Below, piece after piece: positions 50,596-64,000 of a stretch of DNA of 64,000 bases. Under the pieces are notes generated by a model. The model saw only the letters and a list, made by a program, of their open reading frames with translations, did not search any database and was not told the origin of the DNA. A program made the position numbers and the translations under genes. The first letter of the stretch is position 1; the number at the start of each line of letters is the position of its first letter. Origin of the DNA: Podarcis liolepis (taxonomy: Eukaryota); assembly GCA_965112155.1 (NCBI GenBank), contig OZ218102.1. One strand, written 5' to 3'.

Positions 50596-53500
50596 CCAGT
50601 ACTTAAAATTGAGAATAAGCGATAAAAGGCAACAAAACTTTTATTCAAACAGACGCAGCATAAGCGGTTTACAAATCAGACTGAAACCAAACTAAGCCAC
50701 AACAGCCCAAGGTGAGGTTAAAATTTAATTAAGAAGTTTAAGTGAATCAAAAGGTTTTCATTTGGTGCCAAAAAGTAACAGAGAACGCACCATGTGAGCC
50801 TTTCTGGAGAGGCTTTTCAAAGGATGCCACCACCAAAAAAAGCCTTTCTTCTTGGTACCTATTCACATCACTTCATTTGGCAGGGGTACTCAGAACAAGA
50901 TCCCTCTACAGAGTCTTAAGGTTCAGGTTGGCCTGTGTGGGATCTTTCAGGCAGACTGGGCCCAAGTCCTTTAGACCTTTTCCATTTTAAAACCAGCAAC
51001 ACAGCACTTTAGATGTGAAGTCCAGCACTTTTAAGATGGATCTGGAAATGGATCTGGAGTCAGTAAATGATCAAAATGCTCAATCTTATTTAATAGACTT
51101 GTAGCCCTATTTTGAACCAATTGTAGTTAAATGGGCAGGAACAGTTTAGGTTGGGACTTTTCAGATTAATTGGCAAACCTGGCCTTAAAAGGTTACCATA
51201 GAAAAGACATTTTTTTATACTTTATACCCCAAATTCAACATGGATCATGCTAAAACTTTTCTTTCATACACTGGCAAATATCAAATTGATGTTAATTATA
51301 AGCCACAGTGCCTAACCCTTTCATCATTACAAGCTCACCCTTAACATTGCATCATAAATATAGCCCTATAATAAGACAGAAATTGGGCCTTGAATAAATT
51401 GTAAGTAATGTTTGAGGATATGTATACGGATCAAGAATGAAGATGGTTTCAAATTCCAACTGAAGGCTATGTAGGCAGTCTCTCCTTGGCCTAGCTACTC
51501 TAAGAAAAACACAGGGAAATACAGAATACAAGACCTAAAAGTTCAGGACAACAGGTCTAGGTGAACAATCAGAAGCTTCAGACAAAGGGTGAAGACAGAA
51601 AACACAGCAATGTTCTTTGTTTTGTTTTTTTAAATCTTGGGTTATGTCCCTCATGTGTTACAGACCCTGCAATGACAAATTTCAGCGCAAGCAGTGAGGG
51701 TTGTTGAAAGGATTCTCTCCAAGTGAACAGCACTTTGAGAATTCAGTAAGTAGAGAACAGAAACACCAAGTGCAAGTTCAGCCATCTGAAACAAGCACCA
51801 TCATTACATTGTCAGTGCCTGAGGGAGTATCTAGAGAATCTTGGAGGATTTTACAATGATGTGGGAAATCAACATGAGACTTTTCAAAGATTCAGGGGAG
51901 TGGGGAACACTTCCAAACTAAGCTTGCAGCTGGAAGCTTCCTCACTGCCCTACAGATTACTCTTTCTACCTCTACAATATATCCTCTTATTGCTTTTCCA
52001 ACACTGACATAGGTACTCAGTTAAGACATGCTGTGAATTTACCGTTACTTCTTTTGTGCTGTATTGATTTATCTAAATGAATTATTTTCATTTAGTCATT
52101 ACATTTATACCTCACTTTTCCTCCAAGTGGCTTATGGTGGCATACGCAGTTTACCCCTCCTCATTTTATCCTTACAACAATCCTGTGAGATAGGTAACAC
52201 TGAGATACTATTTTTATATTGACCTCGCTTGATTCCTGGGAGGTACACATTATAACAACAAATTATGACCAGAGCCCTAATTTTTAAAACCCCATAAAAC
52301 ATTGAGATAAAAGCAGCAGATATACTAGGTTTGCCTCCGTTTCTGGAAACCTCAATATTTCTAGGCAGGATGAATTCCTGTACCATTGTAGGCCTGCCCT
52401 GCTTATTGATCCTGCTCATCCATCCAACCATCCTTCCTTCAGGAGTGGTACATTGTGCTAACCATGCTCCCTCTTTCCTGGCAGGCTATGGTGTAGAACT
52501 GGAGACCCATCGGCCATAAAAAGGCAGAGAGACCACAGCAGCACAGCTGTTATAAGGTGGACAAGCTGATTGGTTAAGCCCCTCATCTCTCCAGTGGTGA
52601 CTGACCAACAGTATGTGGCCAACTGTAAGTGGTCCTCACACAAGTTACAACTAGGCACTGTAAAAATTCATACAGTGACCATGACTTTGTATACCATCTG
52701 ACCACCATCATTCTTTTTATCAAGCATACATATTTTATTAATTGTGAATATAGCTGTCAGCCTTATTCGGAACACATCTTGGTCCACTATCATGCCCTAT
52801 GATTGCCACAGAGCCAAGTAAACTGGAGAGGTATTACCTTCCATTACTCTTGCAGATTTCAGGCAGTGCATGTTTCAGGCTTGTTGACAATTTCCTAAAT
52901 ACAAAAACGTGCATGGAAGATACAGATTCTAATCTGATCGTCCTAATGTGTATATTGTTTACCAATGCTCTCGTTCAATGTACCCGGGTTGATTATTTCC
53001 TAGTGCCTTTCCGAAAGAGAACAAATTATTCTCTTTACTTTCTTATTTCTATTTTTCTGCTTTTCAAAGACATGTGCCTCCTACCCAAACTAAGCACATA
53101 TGTTATTTCAGTGACAGTGCATGTCCAGAATATATTATTATATAAAGAAGTCCAACTCAAGTACAAATCAAGTTCTATTAATGGTCAAAGATCCTACTGG
53201 AATGTTTCAAATAAATTACATTACATTGTTATGGCATATTAAGCAAATATTGTTTTGGAAATGAATTTTAACCTTTCTGAACTAGTGGGGGAAGCTGTTT
53301 CACTACACTTTTTAAAAACAAACCTGAACCACTACTCCATATAGCCCTCAGCAATTACCCTGTGATGTTTCCTTTTTCAATCTTTTTTTGGGGAAACTGG
53401 CATTTAACTTTCTAAGCTATTGATAAGGAGTTCAATGAATGGGAAAGTGAAACTACCAAACACCCACATTAATTGAGCCCTTATTATCCCCAGCAACTTC

Positions 53501-56039
53501 TCAAAATAGGGCTTGTAACACAACTTAGATTTACTGATTATTTTCTGCATACCCCTTTGTGTGCAAAAACACCAAAACATTACAATGGAATGCAAGGGTC
53601 GGTTGGACCCAGGAGCTATTTATCCACCATTTCCCCCATGCTTTCTGCTCCAAGCTGGATGCACCATAATACAGGAGTTAACACACGCATATTCCAAACT
53701 TGTGACATTGTAGTCTTATCTGAAATGTTCTATTGGGATATACAGTATTGGGTCCTTTCTATTTTCTGCTATAAATTCAGTATTTCAACCAAGCATTTTA
53801 AGTTTGTTTTGCTTTCTTCTTCTCTTTTCTCACTTGGGGCTTCCAAATATGCATCTGAGAAATTAAAGTTAATATTATGGGGTCAAATGCACGCCAACAG
53901 TTTTAGTGTTTGATTTTATTAGTATTACATTCATCAAACATAAGCTATGTTAAACAGGAGTGATTTAGTGATTTGAAATTAACTTTATTTCCAACTAGTT
54001 TTCTAAAGGGGGGGCATTCAGCCCCAATAGTACATTGGTACTATAATAAAGTAAATAAATGTTGTGCTAAATGTGCTCAGCCTATTTTACTTTCTTGTAT
54101 TATTATAATGTCCAAATGAGATGGCTATTTCAAATATAACATACTCTTGCCTTTGTAGATGCATCACTAAATACGTTGTTACATGTAAGACAGAATAGAC
54201 ATGCTAAGATCATTTTTTAAAAAATAACTGCTTTAAAAAGCACATTTGTATTATTTCTGAAATGGCATTCATATTTTATACACAGTTTCTGCAAAAAAAC
54301 AATATTTTAAACAATCTAAAATAGAAGTAAATCTCTGTAACGAACAGCCTGGTAATCCATATGTAAAATGTGAACATTCCAGAACATTAAAGTCTGTTCC
54401 ATGAATGGTAATTGACTGAATGCATTATATTAAACATTACAATGTGTGGAAGCTGTCTACCTGCCCCATCATCACACGAACCAGTAACAGTTAAATTAAA
54501 AAGCATGTTCCTGATTTCTTCAGTTCCTTAAATGAGCCAAAACTTTATGTGAACATTCTGCTATTTTACATGCATTATAACCTACTCATGACAGAGTCAA
54601 ACTATCTAGAATTTATCAGAAAGAAACCAAAATACAGAATACCACAAAGCCACTAATTTAGAGACCCTGATATCAGATGTAGCTAGTGTTTATGCAAATA
54701 TTGTACTAATGTGTATCACACATTAATCGGAACAGAAGGAGCTTTTCCCTAGACTTATAGAACATTTTATATCTTCCATTAGATGAACAGTAATAGTATT
54801 CACTTTGACTTCGACAAATCCCTTTCACAGATACAGAAGGTTAATTGGTTGTTACTGCACAGTAAAATTCAATACCAAAATTAAAGCACACTTTAAAAGA
54901 AAAATAATAATCTTGACATACTGCAACTTATTTTAAATACATTTACAGATACTTTTTTCTAAATTAATCAAGTTTAAATCCTGTTCATCATACCACCTTT
55001 AAACTATATTTTGTAAGATTAACCACTTTATTCGTAACTCTGTCAACTAATCCAGATGCTACTTTTTCTATAAAATGTATTATTAATATCCCCAGTATAT
55101 GAATAAATGTTTAATACAAAATTGATATACATTTCAAAAAGAACAACTGTGTTATATTGTAGTAAAAAGTAACAATAGTATATTTACAGCTGGGGGGAAA
55201 ACTTAATAGGGTCAAACTTATAATACACTCACTAAAGTTACAATTAGGTACTTAAAACATGTGGCATTTCTTCCAAATTCCATTATGGTAACAAACACAA
55301 AAAGATGCTGATAGCCAGTTCCCTTAAGTGCATTTTCAACTTCATTCCTTATACAATGTTAAGAAGGAAAACATTTTATTTGACTGGTGGCTCAATGGCG
55401 CAGCCTATGTGTAGAAAAGCAGAACGCACTCCAAATGTACAGTATTGCAAAGAGTCAAGGCATCTCACTATAGCATAACTACAGACAACTACAGACAGCT
55501 TTTGCAAAGTTACCACAGGTACTGGCAATAATTACATTGCTGTACTGTTTCAACATATAGTTTCCAGCTTAGTAATCAAAGCTCAACAGCAAATTACAAG
55601 CTATCTAAACTAAAATAGGACCAGTTTATACAAGTTATTGTAAACAACAATCAAGCACTGTGATTTTATTTTGCAAAAAAGTCAGAAAGTTCGTCTTTAT
55701 TTTGTGGCATTTTTCTTCCAAGCGTTCTGCATTGTTCTTTGCAAAAGAAAACAGACCCTTTTGTTTTCACTTGCATATGTCTGTGCTGCATGAAAGCTCT
55801 TTTATGCTTCACTTCCTATTAAAAATAAGTCCAAATATGATACATTCATTTGAGGAGATATTAGTTAAGCCTGATGGTTATGAATAAATCAAACTTGCTT
55901 CCAGTATGGCACTGAGAGAAATATGAATTGCACACCACTGATATAAATCCAGAAGTCTTTTTTAACATCATAAAGTTGAGCATTATAAAAAGAATAGATT
56001 AAGTACGGTGTTTCATTTTCTTAAAGCTTATCTAGTGCC

Positions 56040-56122
56040 CCAAGTACAGGTAAACTTACCTGGAAGTAGCTTTTACTGAAATCAATAGGAGTTACTTCCA
56101 TGTTAATGGGCTTAGGACTAAG
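56040..56122. mobile_element. Small palindromic squamate repeat remnant
   Basis: ggaagtagc..ctgaaatcaataggagttacttcc..taggact; related remnants at about 23950-24030 and 59500-59580. Confidence 0.5.
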
Positions 56123-58055
56123 GTACAAGAAAGATATACTTATTCATTCAAGAGAGAGGAACAAATATTTTCCTGTTTAATCACAACCTCATGAGATGTC
56201 AGTTGAAAATATTCAATGGCAAAATACATGCCCAAGACCATCATTAGTATATCAGTATACATCCTCTTTAAAAGAAAAAATGTTTTCAACACTTTTATTC
56301 CTTTCTTTAGACATCGTCTTCTCAAGATGATGTTGTATTCTAAATTTCTCCATATAGTTAACTTTGTATATTTTCTTTTATGAACTGAAGTAACACTAGC
56401 CTTTATAGAAGCTGAGAATACTAATATAAAAGAAGTCTCATTCTTTGTTATGCAGAGCAACATCCTAATCCAGACAGTGAAAAGAACAGTATTCAAAAAT
56501 TGCTCTGAATTCCTTTTTTCTATTATTCCAGAAAAGTGACCTCACAAATTTACTCAAGCTGAGTAAACATACAATATGGTTTAAACAGCATAATGTTATA
56601 ACAGTCAATAAAACAGAATTAAAGTGTATTGATATGGGTATATAAAAATGCAGATGCATTTTGTAATCTGTTTGGCAAAAGACTGTATTCATTTCTACTA
56701 GAAAATTCAGGGTGAGGTGGAAGATGCATATAATGCAAACCATATTATTCTTTTTGTTGGGTTTTCCGGCTTAAAAACAACCATTAGATAATCAAATGCT
56801 GTCTTCTCCAACAGTATCAGGAAACTTCATATTTTTTACTTCTAGTCTTACAAAGGGCTTACAAGTTATATTTATAGGAAGGAATTGCCATATAAGCAAA
56901 GTGAACTAATCTATCCCATGGGGATTTTTCAAGAGTTTATTCATATTTTGTTATGCAGATCTTTTTACAACAGCTTAGCTTGAGGAGTGGTATGAGCCAT
57001 CTTTTCTATTCGTTTTTAAACACTTTTATGGTTTATGAAACATTGAAATTATATGCTATGCCATCAAATTTGCCAAGCCAGAATACAATGTTTAGAAACT
57101 GCATGACTGATATATTACACCCTACATGGGGGAAAAAAAGATAGCTTGCAATATAATGCTAATTCAAATAGACATTTTTGTTTTGCTAAATACCTAGACA
57201 TATCTGAATAGAAAGTTGATTTTTTTTACTCCAAAAGCTTTCTTACTTCAGCTTCTCATAGTTTTTATCATTGCAGTGGCCATGCATTTCCAGTGTGAGA
57301 TTAATTCATTACCTCAAAGAAAATGTTCTAGTTCTGCTTTGTGTAGCTTTTTTTTAATATTTAAAGATACATATATGCATTTTCCAGCTTTAAATATATT
57401 TCCTTTACTGCTTACTCCTTGTTAGTCAAAAATAGGATTTCAGTCACCTCCTCCAACTTACAAGCACACTAAACAAAGATAACGAGAAAAGCTTATATAA
57501 TCAGAAAGTGATACTATTTGCAATCGAAGTATGACCTGTAATTGCATCTTATTAGAAGACAAACACTCAAAATCTCTGGCATTTTCTGAAGAAACATTAC
57601 ATAATTTCCTGATGGCTAATTTATGTTTATCTTTTAGTGCTTGAACGTGAACACAAGACACTCTGGGAACTGCAGATGCATGTCCTGTAGAAAAATATAA
57701 CTAATTCAAACAACATTTTGGAACTGGACTGGGGGGGGACCAGGAACAGGTCTTTTAGACAAGAGCTAAGGGTAATCTGTCCGAGGGTTCACATAGGAGA
57801 ATGGTGTTTAATTTCCCCCCTAAAAATTTCAGCAACCAAAACTCAGTCGGTCATTCATTTAAAGTGTTCTCCAGCAGTATTTGGTTTAGCATTCTAAACT
57901 GAAGGTGGTCTGCATGTTGAACTTAGCACTGTGCGGGTTATAGTCTTTGTTTGCAGTCTTAACTGGGGATTGCACCTTAGCTACCGTAGTTCAAGCGTAA
58001 AAATACTTTGTCTGCAGCACTATATGCTGCTGCCAGAGACCCTCTAAATCCTTGA

Positions 58056-58187
58056 NNNNNNNNNNNNNNNNNNNNNNNNNNNNNNNNNNNNNNNNNNNNN
58101 NNNNNNNNNNNNNNNNNNNNNNNNNNNNNNNNNNNNNNNNNNNNNNNNNNNNNNNNNNNNNNNNNNNNNNNNNNNNNNNNNNNNNNN
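58056..58187. other. Assembly gap
   Basis: Run of N. Confidence 1.
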
Positions 58188-58240
58188 ATCCCATTTTGCG
58201 CCAGTGTGGCTGATCCCTGCAACTCTACGCGGGTGCAATT

Positions 58241-58448
58241 TTAATGACTTAGCTGGGTTTTGATGTTCTTAGAAAAAGCAGCGCTTGGTGTTTGTGGAGA
58301 AGGTAGATATGGAAGCTGAGAAGCTGTGATTGGAGACACAGTGACATCGTCTCTGTTTTTCGATAGGATCGGTGTCATTTTCCTCCCAACGATAAGACAC
58401 CTCACTGACAGAGCCCGATTAGGGGAAATTTTATAATAAAATTCACTT
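58241..58448 (-). CDS. Candidate terminal coding segment preceding the long UTR
   Basis: Acceptor ccaccctcattctacag; open frame SEFYYKISPNRALSV...KTQLSH*; locally CpG-rich. An alternative acceptor at 58622 gives VFSRILFCSS...SEINK*. Confidence 0.25.
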
Positions 58449-58732
58449 CTGTAGAATGAGGGTGGAGTGATAAACATTTCAGCCTCAGGGTAGAACGCAA
58501 AAAAGATGCTCATTCTATTTATTTATTTCTGAGGGGGGTGTACTTCTACCAACCGTTATCCCTCTTAAAGTCATTGTGTCTGTTAATATTGATGAGCAAA
58601 AAAGAATTCTACTGAAAACATCTGATTTGTAAGATAAAACCTTATGAATAAAAAAACGATCCTTTAATGTGGTTACAGTAGTGAAAGTACTTCACTATAC
58701 TTTGCAAAATGATCATAACATTTTAAGAATAG

Positions 58733-58733
<1 letters not shown>

Positions 58734-58768
<35 letters not shown>
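58734..58768. repeat. (TG)n microsatellite
   Basis: Direct reading. Confidence 0.95.
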
Positions 58769-58771
<3 letters not shown>

Positions 58772-60199
58772 AATATATATATATATGGAGTGTCACGGAA
58801 ATCAAGAATAAAAGGAAAGCTAAGGTTAGACTAGCTTATTTTCCAATGTGCACTTATGCTTCCCTTTTGCTTAGAAAGCTAAAAAGCTGCAAAATAAACA
58901 GGGAAAAACAGATGCTTGTGGCCCTCTAATGCTTGAAGATGTACTAATGCTCCAAGGAAGAACATAAAACAAATATTGATTTTCTTTTTTTTTATTACTA
59001 AAACATCTTTGCTTCTGTGTTTGGATAGTTCACAGAGGCTACCGTTAACCTGGCCTCTAGTGTCATGAGTGGTGCATTTTTGTGTATTAATAGGCATTGG
59101 CCATTGTGTCTAGAAGTTATTTCACATAGAGGAGTTTGAACTCAGTGAATAAAACACTCAGAAGACCAAAAAAGAAAAGAAAAAAAGAGCTAATTTGCCT
59201 CCTTCCAGAAATGAAAATTACATCTTGATCATTTTTGAACTTGGGTGGGGGGAGGGAGAGAGAGTTCTGTAACATACAATATATTCTGAAGACTAGTAAT
59301 ACAAAGTAATTTTTTACTCATTTTTTATCAGCTTTAAAACAAATCAAACACCAGATCTAATTGACAGAATATGAATCTAGCATGGGGTATTCATATTAAT
59401 CATGCAAGCTCTATATGACCACATACATATAGAGACATCTGAAGGCTGTATCTAGCAACATGCTATATTGTATTTCAATGGCAAAGGATATATCACAAAC
59501 AATCCTGTGCATATTTACCCAGAATAAAGTCCCAAGTGGAACTGTCTCCCACAAGGGAATTGCATGGGATTGAAGCGTGAGGCCCCAGATTCCGCTTTCC
59601 CAGAGAAAAATCTGTCTGCAAATAATGCAGAAATGAGTGCTGAACTTGTGCTATATTCTACTATATTTCTGGAAGTGGCTTGTCTGTTGGGTGAAAGTTC
59701 AAACATAATGCGGAAATTAACAGTTAGGGACTGTTAACAGTTGACTGTACTACAGAGTTCAGACATAGCTTGTTTGTCCCCACCTCTTTTCAAATAGTTT
59801 TATTCATTTAATTTATATGTCACTTCATGTTTCAAGAGACATCCAGCTCCCATAAACTATTTTTACAGATGTAAATTACATGTTTTCACTTAGCAGAATC
59901 TAATATGCTATTTTAAAAGGATTTTATATTCTATTATATGGTAACTTTCTCACATTATGAAATGCCATATTCAGTTCTTATAAAATGCCATATCTACTTC
60001 AGTTTAAAAATAAAAACTGAAAAAATTCATGAGCAAACTTCAAGAACCAAAATAAATTCATGATTTATACTTATTCACAGTTTGGAAAAATTATTCAATA
60101 ACATTTTAATGATATAAGTTTTTCTACATATTTTATGATATCTAATCTGCACCACATTTTAAGCACCATTGAAATTATATCTTCTGCTATATTAACCAG

Positions 60200-60406
60200 C
60201 CTCTGGTTAAGAACTTAATTCATTCTGGAGGTCCGTTCTTAACCTGAAACTGTTCTTAACCGGAAGTACCACTTTAGCTAATGAGGCCTCCCGCTGCCGC
60301 TGCACAATTTCTGTTCTCATCCTGAAGCAAAGTTTGTAACCCGAGGTACTATTTCTGGGTTAGCGGAGTCTGTAACCTGAAGCGTCTGTAACCCGAAGTA
60401 CCACTG
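60200..60406 (-). mobile_element. Tc1/mariner MITE family B, one end lost
   Basis: Reverse-complement match to 7503-7720; right end TACCACTG|TA intact. Confidence 0.88.
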
Positions 60407-62740
60407 TATTACTATTACTATAATCATTATTACTATTGATGGTTACCACCTCATTCAGATGTAATAAAATATTGTAGTAGTAAAACCTACTACAATACAA
60501 AGTCATAAGGCAACAAGATTACAGAGCCACTTAGAAGCAAAACCAGGAAGAGGAAAGGGAACCAATGAAAGCAGGCATTATCAGTAAAAGGCAAGCCTAG
60601 TCCCAGGGAAAGTTTTAATTTAGCCTTAGGTGTTGGAAACTTTTAAAAATAACTTAGTGGTTTCAGTATGTGAAATACCTTGAAGAAAAATATCACCATT
60701 TCATGAATTGTCAATTGTTTTTGATTTATTCCAAGTGCCAGATTGCATACAGCTAGCCAAGGAATAATGGTGGAAATTCAAGCCTGTGAATACACTTATG
60801 AAAATCCAATAAGCTTAAAGGTGTCAGATGCCTGCTACTACTTCCTCTCCACCCCACATCCCCAGCTAATTACTCAAGAGCAGCCATCAGAAGAAAAACC
60901 CACTGTTTACTACCAGCATGCAGGCAGAAAGAAATGTGCATCATGTATTGCATACTTCGCCAAAAGAACTAGGACATGGGATCTTTCACTGTAATACAAC
61001 TGAATGGTACAACATAATAGCAAACTGAATAATTACAGAATTTGCATTCTGAGACATGTTTGGAAATAAATATTGCAAAAATGTTGTGATTCAGCAAAGT
61101 CTAGAGTGCCCATCCAAATAGTTTTCACCGCCAGGAGTCTTCTGCACAAACCACCGTTTAAGATTCTCCAGCTTAGAAGGGGTGGAGCATAATAAAAGTG
61201 AATGAAATGCCTGAGATACGTGTGTACAGTTCTGGATTGCAACCAATGTGCTTATGGAAAAGGATGCAAGGTCTTTAGAAACTTGTCAGCACAGGGTGTA
61301 AGATTCTTCTCTAGGGCTGTCCAAAGAGAAAAGGGGGGATCTCCAAAGCACTGAGACAGCATAAGCAGCACCAACATATGTAGTGAGGTACACGACAGAT
61401 GCATGTGCCTTTGTGTCACTATAATGTATTTATCTAGCTAAAATACCATCTCCATTACCATTTCTCAGAAGGGAAGTGTCTGAGTGGTTAGTGGAAAAAT
61501 TGATATAGTGGGATGAAGAATAGCTGGTAAAGAGATAATCCACTGTGGCTATGTAGTTCAGTAGCACTTTAGCTCCAGTCTTCATTGGGTGGTGAGTATA
61601 AGGCGACAGAAGAAAAGGATGGGCTTCTGTTGTTTGCATTTGATGTATGAGGGAGACATGGGGAGCGCAAAACCACAGATGTGAAGAACAAAAGCCCGGA
61701 TTCACCCCCCTCTCTCTGTACATCTTTTACTAACTAGATGATGAAGACTACAGCGGAAATACTGCAGAACGTTTGAAAGATCATGTTCTATTTCTCTAAT
61801 GCTTCCTGTTAATAAGAAATGCAAATACCTGCGATTTACTACTTATCCCACACCCAAAAATTTATCTCTAGATGCTCAGTCACAGTTCATAAGTCATAAG
61901 TGACCTTTCCTTAAAACGAATCTTCCCAGATTATTGACTATAAACACTCAGTGAAACCTTCTCCGTGCAATCACTGGGGGCAGCAGGAGTGGGGGGAGCT
62001 CAAGGGACACCTCTATTTAATAAACACACATCTGTAAAGATTTAAAAAATTCATGTGTGCTTTCACTTGACATAATTGAATAATTTGAACATAAGAATCC
62101 TACATAAGTTGATGGTGGATCAGAGTATGCCGGCTATGGGAACATTTCAGCGCCCATAGGCACAGTAAGACTCAAAGTCCCTGTAGGCTTCAAAGAAACA
62201 CTTTTTCCCCCTTCTAGAACTCTTTGCTTTCTAGTAAAGCTGCAACCACAATGTTCTCTCTTAATGCCACCATAAAAAATCAAAACACTTTAAAAACAAA
62301 TTGATGTACTCTTTAATATAGTCATCACATCATCACAGGACCCTTGCACCCTGCATGGTTACAACCATGGGGATGCGAGCCACATCTCTCTTTGTTGCCT
62401 GCTCCAATGCTCATAAAGGCAGAGAGGGAGGGAGAGGGAGACTGACGGACTGACTCTCAATTGAGATATTGGCATCTTTGATTGAAAAGGTCTAATCAGC
62501 TTATCTCCACACTAATAAAGTTAATAGCCTGTGGAGCTGGTATATGCTCAGGACAGAGTGAACTTTTAGTAGCCAAAGCCTTAAGAGCTGAAACTAAGAC
62601 TCCGCTCATCCAAGCTAGCTTAAATCAGTTCCTAATGGGCTCTTTTAATATAATCAATCTGAAAAAAATGGAAGTCTGCAGCCACTTGACTTTATTCCTG
62701 GAGGCGTTGTTGGAGATTTAGGAAAGACCACAGCAATGTG

Positions 62741-62920
62741 CTATTTATCTACAGTGACAGTGAGTGTTAAGTTGCAGATTTCTGAACCCTTCTCGACTTC
62801 ACATTGTATCAGTTTCAAAGGAGTTACTGTACACATATCATTTCTCTCTGCGGGCGTTTTGTGGGAAATTTCACCTGTGAACCTCCTGCTTATAGTGATG
62901 AAACTTGAATATAAAATCCC
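62741..62920 (-). CDS. Candidate terminal coding exon of an unidentified gene
   Basis: Acceptor tgctgtcttgtacag; 59-codon frame GILYSSFITISRRF...LTVTVDK*; AATAAA 45 nt downstream (62691-62696). Confidence 0.4.
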   Translation of the reverse strand, partial: GILYSSFITISRRFTGEISHKTPAERNDMCTVTPLKLIQCEVEKGSEICNLTLTVTVDK

Positions 62921-63410
62921 CTGTACAAGACAGCACAATTAAAGATCACCAAGAACATAATTTTAAATCAACAAATAAAGTTTGTACTCTACCAGAAGCA
63001 GCAAGCCTGAGAGATAGAAACAACTATGCAAATCTCAAGATAATTTTTAAACAAGTTCAAAAGGCAGGAATCCCAATGAAACAAACATGTAAACTGAGAC
63101 AAAACTTAAGAATCCACTGAGATCCTGTGGACAGACTGCTAGAGCTGGGTTTGAGTGGTCAGGATTTAAATACCAGGCTCACAGAAGTGCTGGGGGATCA
63201 GCTGTAAAACAGAATATGGTTTCATGTGAATGTATGAGCCCGTTATGTATGTTAATGTTAATTGCTTACAAGCCATGATTTGTGTGAGGTCAACAAACTA
63301 GGATGTGATACCATTTTGAAACTGGGTTGCAAATTGTAGCATGCTAACTGTGGTTTGCTCTTATATTTGAGTTCACAGACCACAAAAAAGTCATAGTTAG
63401 AGCCTGTTAC

Positions 63411-63450
63411 CTGCCTCAAAAAGCTGTGGCACCATGGAGATAGAATGGGC
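63411..63450 (-). CDS. Possible 40-nt exon
   Basis: Acceptor tcactcaatttttgtag and donor CAG|GTAACA; two frames open. Confidence 0.2.
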
Positions 63451-64000
63451 CTACAAAAATTGAGTGATGAGCAGATGGCAGATAGGAGCAGAAGCTCAAA
63501 ACAATGTTAGCCTGTGGTACATCTGGAAACTCACAGTGTAATTAACGGCAGGTGTGTCCAGCAGGTAAAGCACAAGATGAACCTCTTTGATATCTTTTGC
63601 TGATTCTGAGTGAACCAAGGGAGGCCACAGTTACACTGAAACAGTCTACAGCAGTTTCATACTTTGAAAAGGTTAGATGTGGACTGCTCTAAACTTGGTT
63701 ATCGTGCTCCTGTGTATCTCCCAGCTGCAGAGCAGCACTGGTTGTTTCCTAACACTGACCTGGTGTTCCTGCCATGGAAGGTTTCTAAACCTGGGAGTAT
63801 GACTTGGGCCAGCTGGGGAAAAAAGTAACTTCGGCCACAATCATTGTCTCGTAAGAATAGAGCTATTAAGCTAGAGACATTTAAGTTGGCTGGGTTGTAT
63901 GGCAGCCATTAAAATGAACCTTCTGCCCAAATTCCTATATCCCTCCTTATCTTCATATTTGATCAGTGGCTCAACAAATGGCAGAGACTCCTTAATGGAT

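Larger units (their letters stand above)
52734..59200 (-). other. Probable long 3' UTR of a minus-strand gene
   Basis: About 6 kb nearly free of TEs and U-rich on minus. Minus-strand AATAAA at 52734, 53915, 53984, 55027, 55375, 55665 and 55696. Pumilio element TGTAAATA at 55181-55188. Confidence 0.55.

Noticed and set aside
52799-53913. Two plus-strand ORFs of about 147 aa
   Set aside because: Low-complexity AT-driven composition, no recognisable domain or splice context, and antisense to the presumed UTR.
56053-56062. Consensus minus-strand donor CAG|GTAAGT
   Set aside because: Lies within a small palindromic repeat remnant in which this string is intrinsic.
58014-58033. miR-15/16-like AGCAGCA hairpin
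   Set aside because: Only a 6-bp stem; no pre-miRNA-length fold visible, although the adjacent gap limits the view.

Overview
This is AT-rich vertebrate genomic DNA, most likely from a lacertid lizard. The evidence is Sauria SINEs with (ACCTTT)n tails, a Squam3-type tRNA SINE, CR1/L2/RTE LINE debris, and many TA-targeting Tc1/mariner (Tigger-like) and 8-bp-TSD hAT MITEs. There are two assembly gaps (1534-1905, 58056-58187). Most of the window looks intronic or intergenic, and nearly all ORFs in the supplied track are spurious or TE-derived. I could not recognise any gene by name. On the minus strand there are several candidate exons with good splice sites. Three of them (49110-49079, 32091-32075, 27005-26755) join in frame. 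There is also a TE-poor ~6 kb block (about 52.7-59.2 kb) that looks like a long 3' UTR with many poly(A) signals, and candidate terminal exons at 62920, 58621 and 58448. The most notable structures are: (1) a Penelope-like pseudo-LTR with a type I hammerhead ribozyme motif between ~115-bp inverted repeats; (2) one mariner-type MITE family whose three copies share ends but carry different repeat or hairpin cores; (3) a palindromic hAT MITE core found with different termini, one set SPIN-like; and (4) the unidentified micro-exon-containing gene model.
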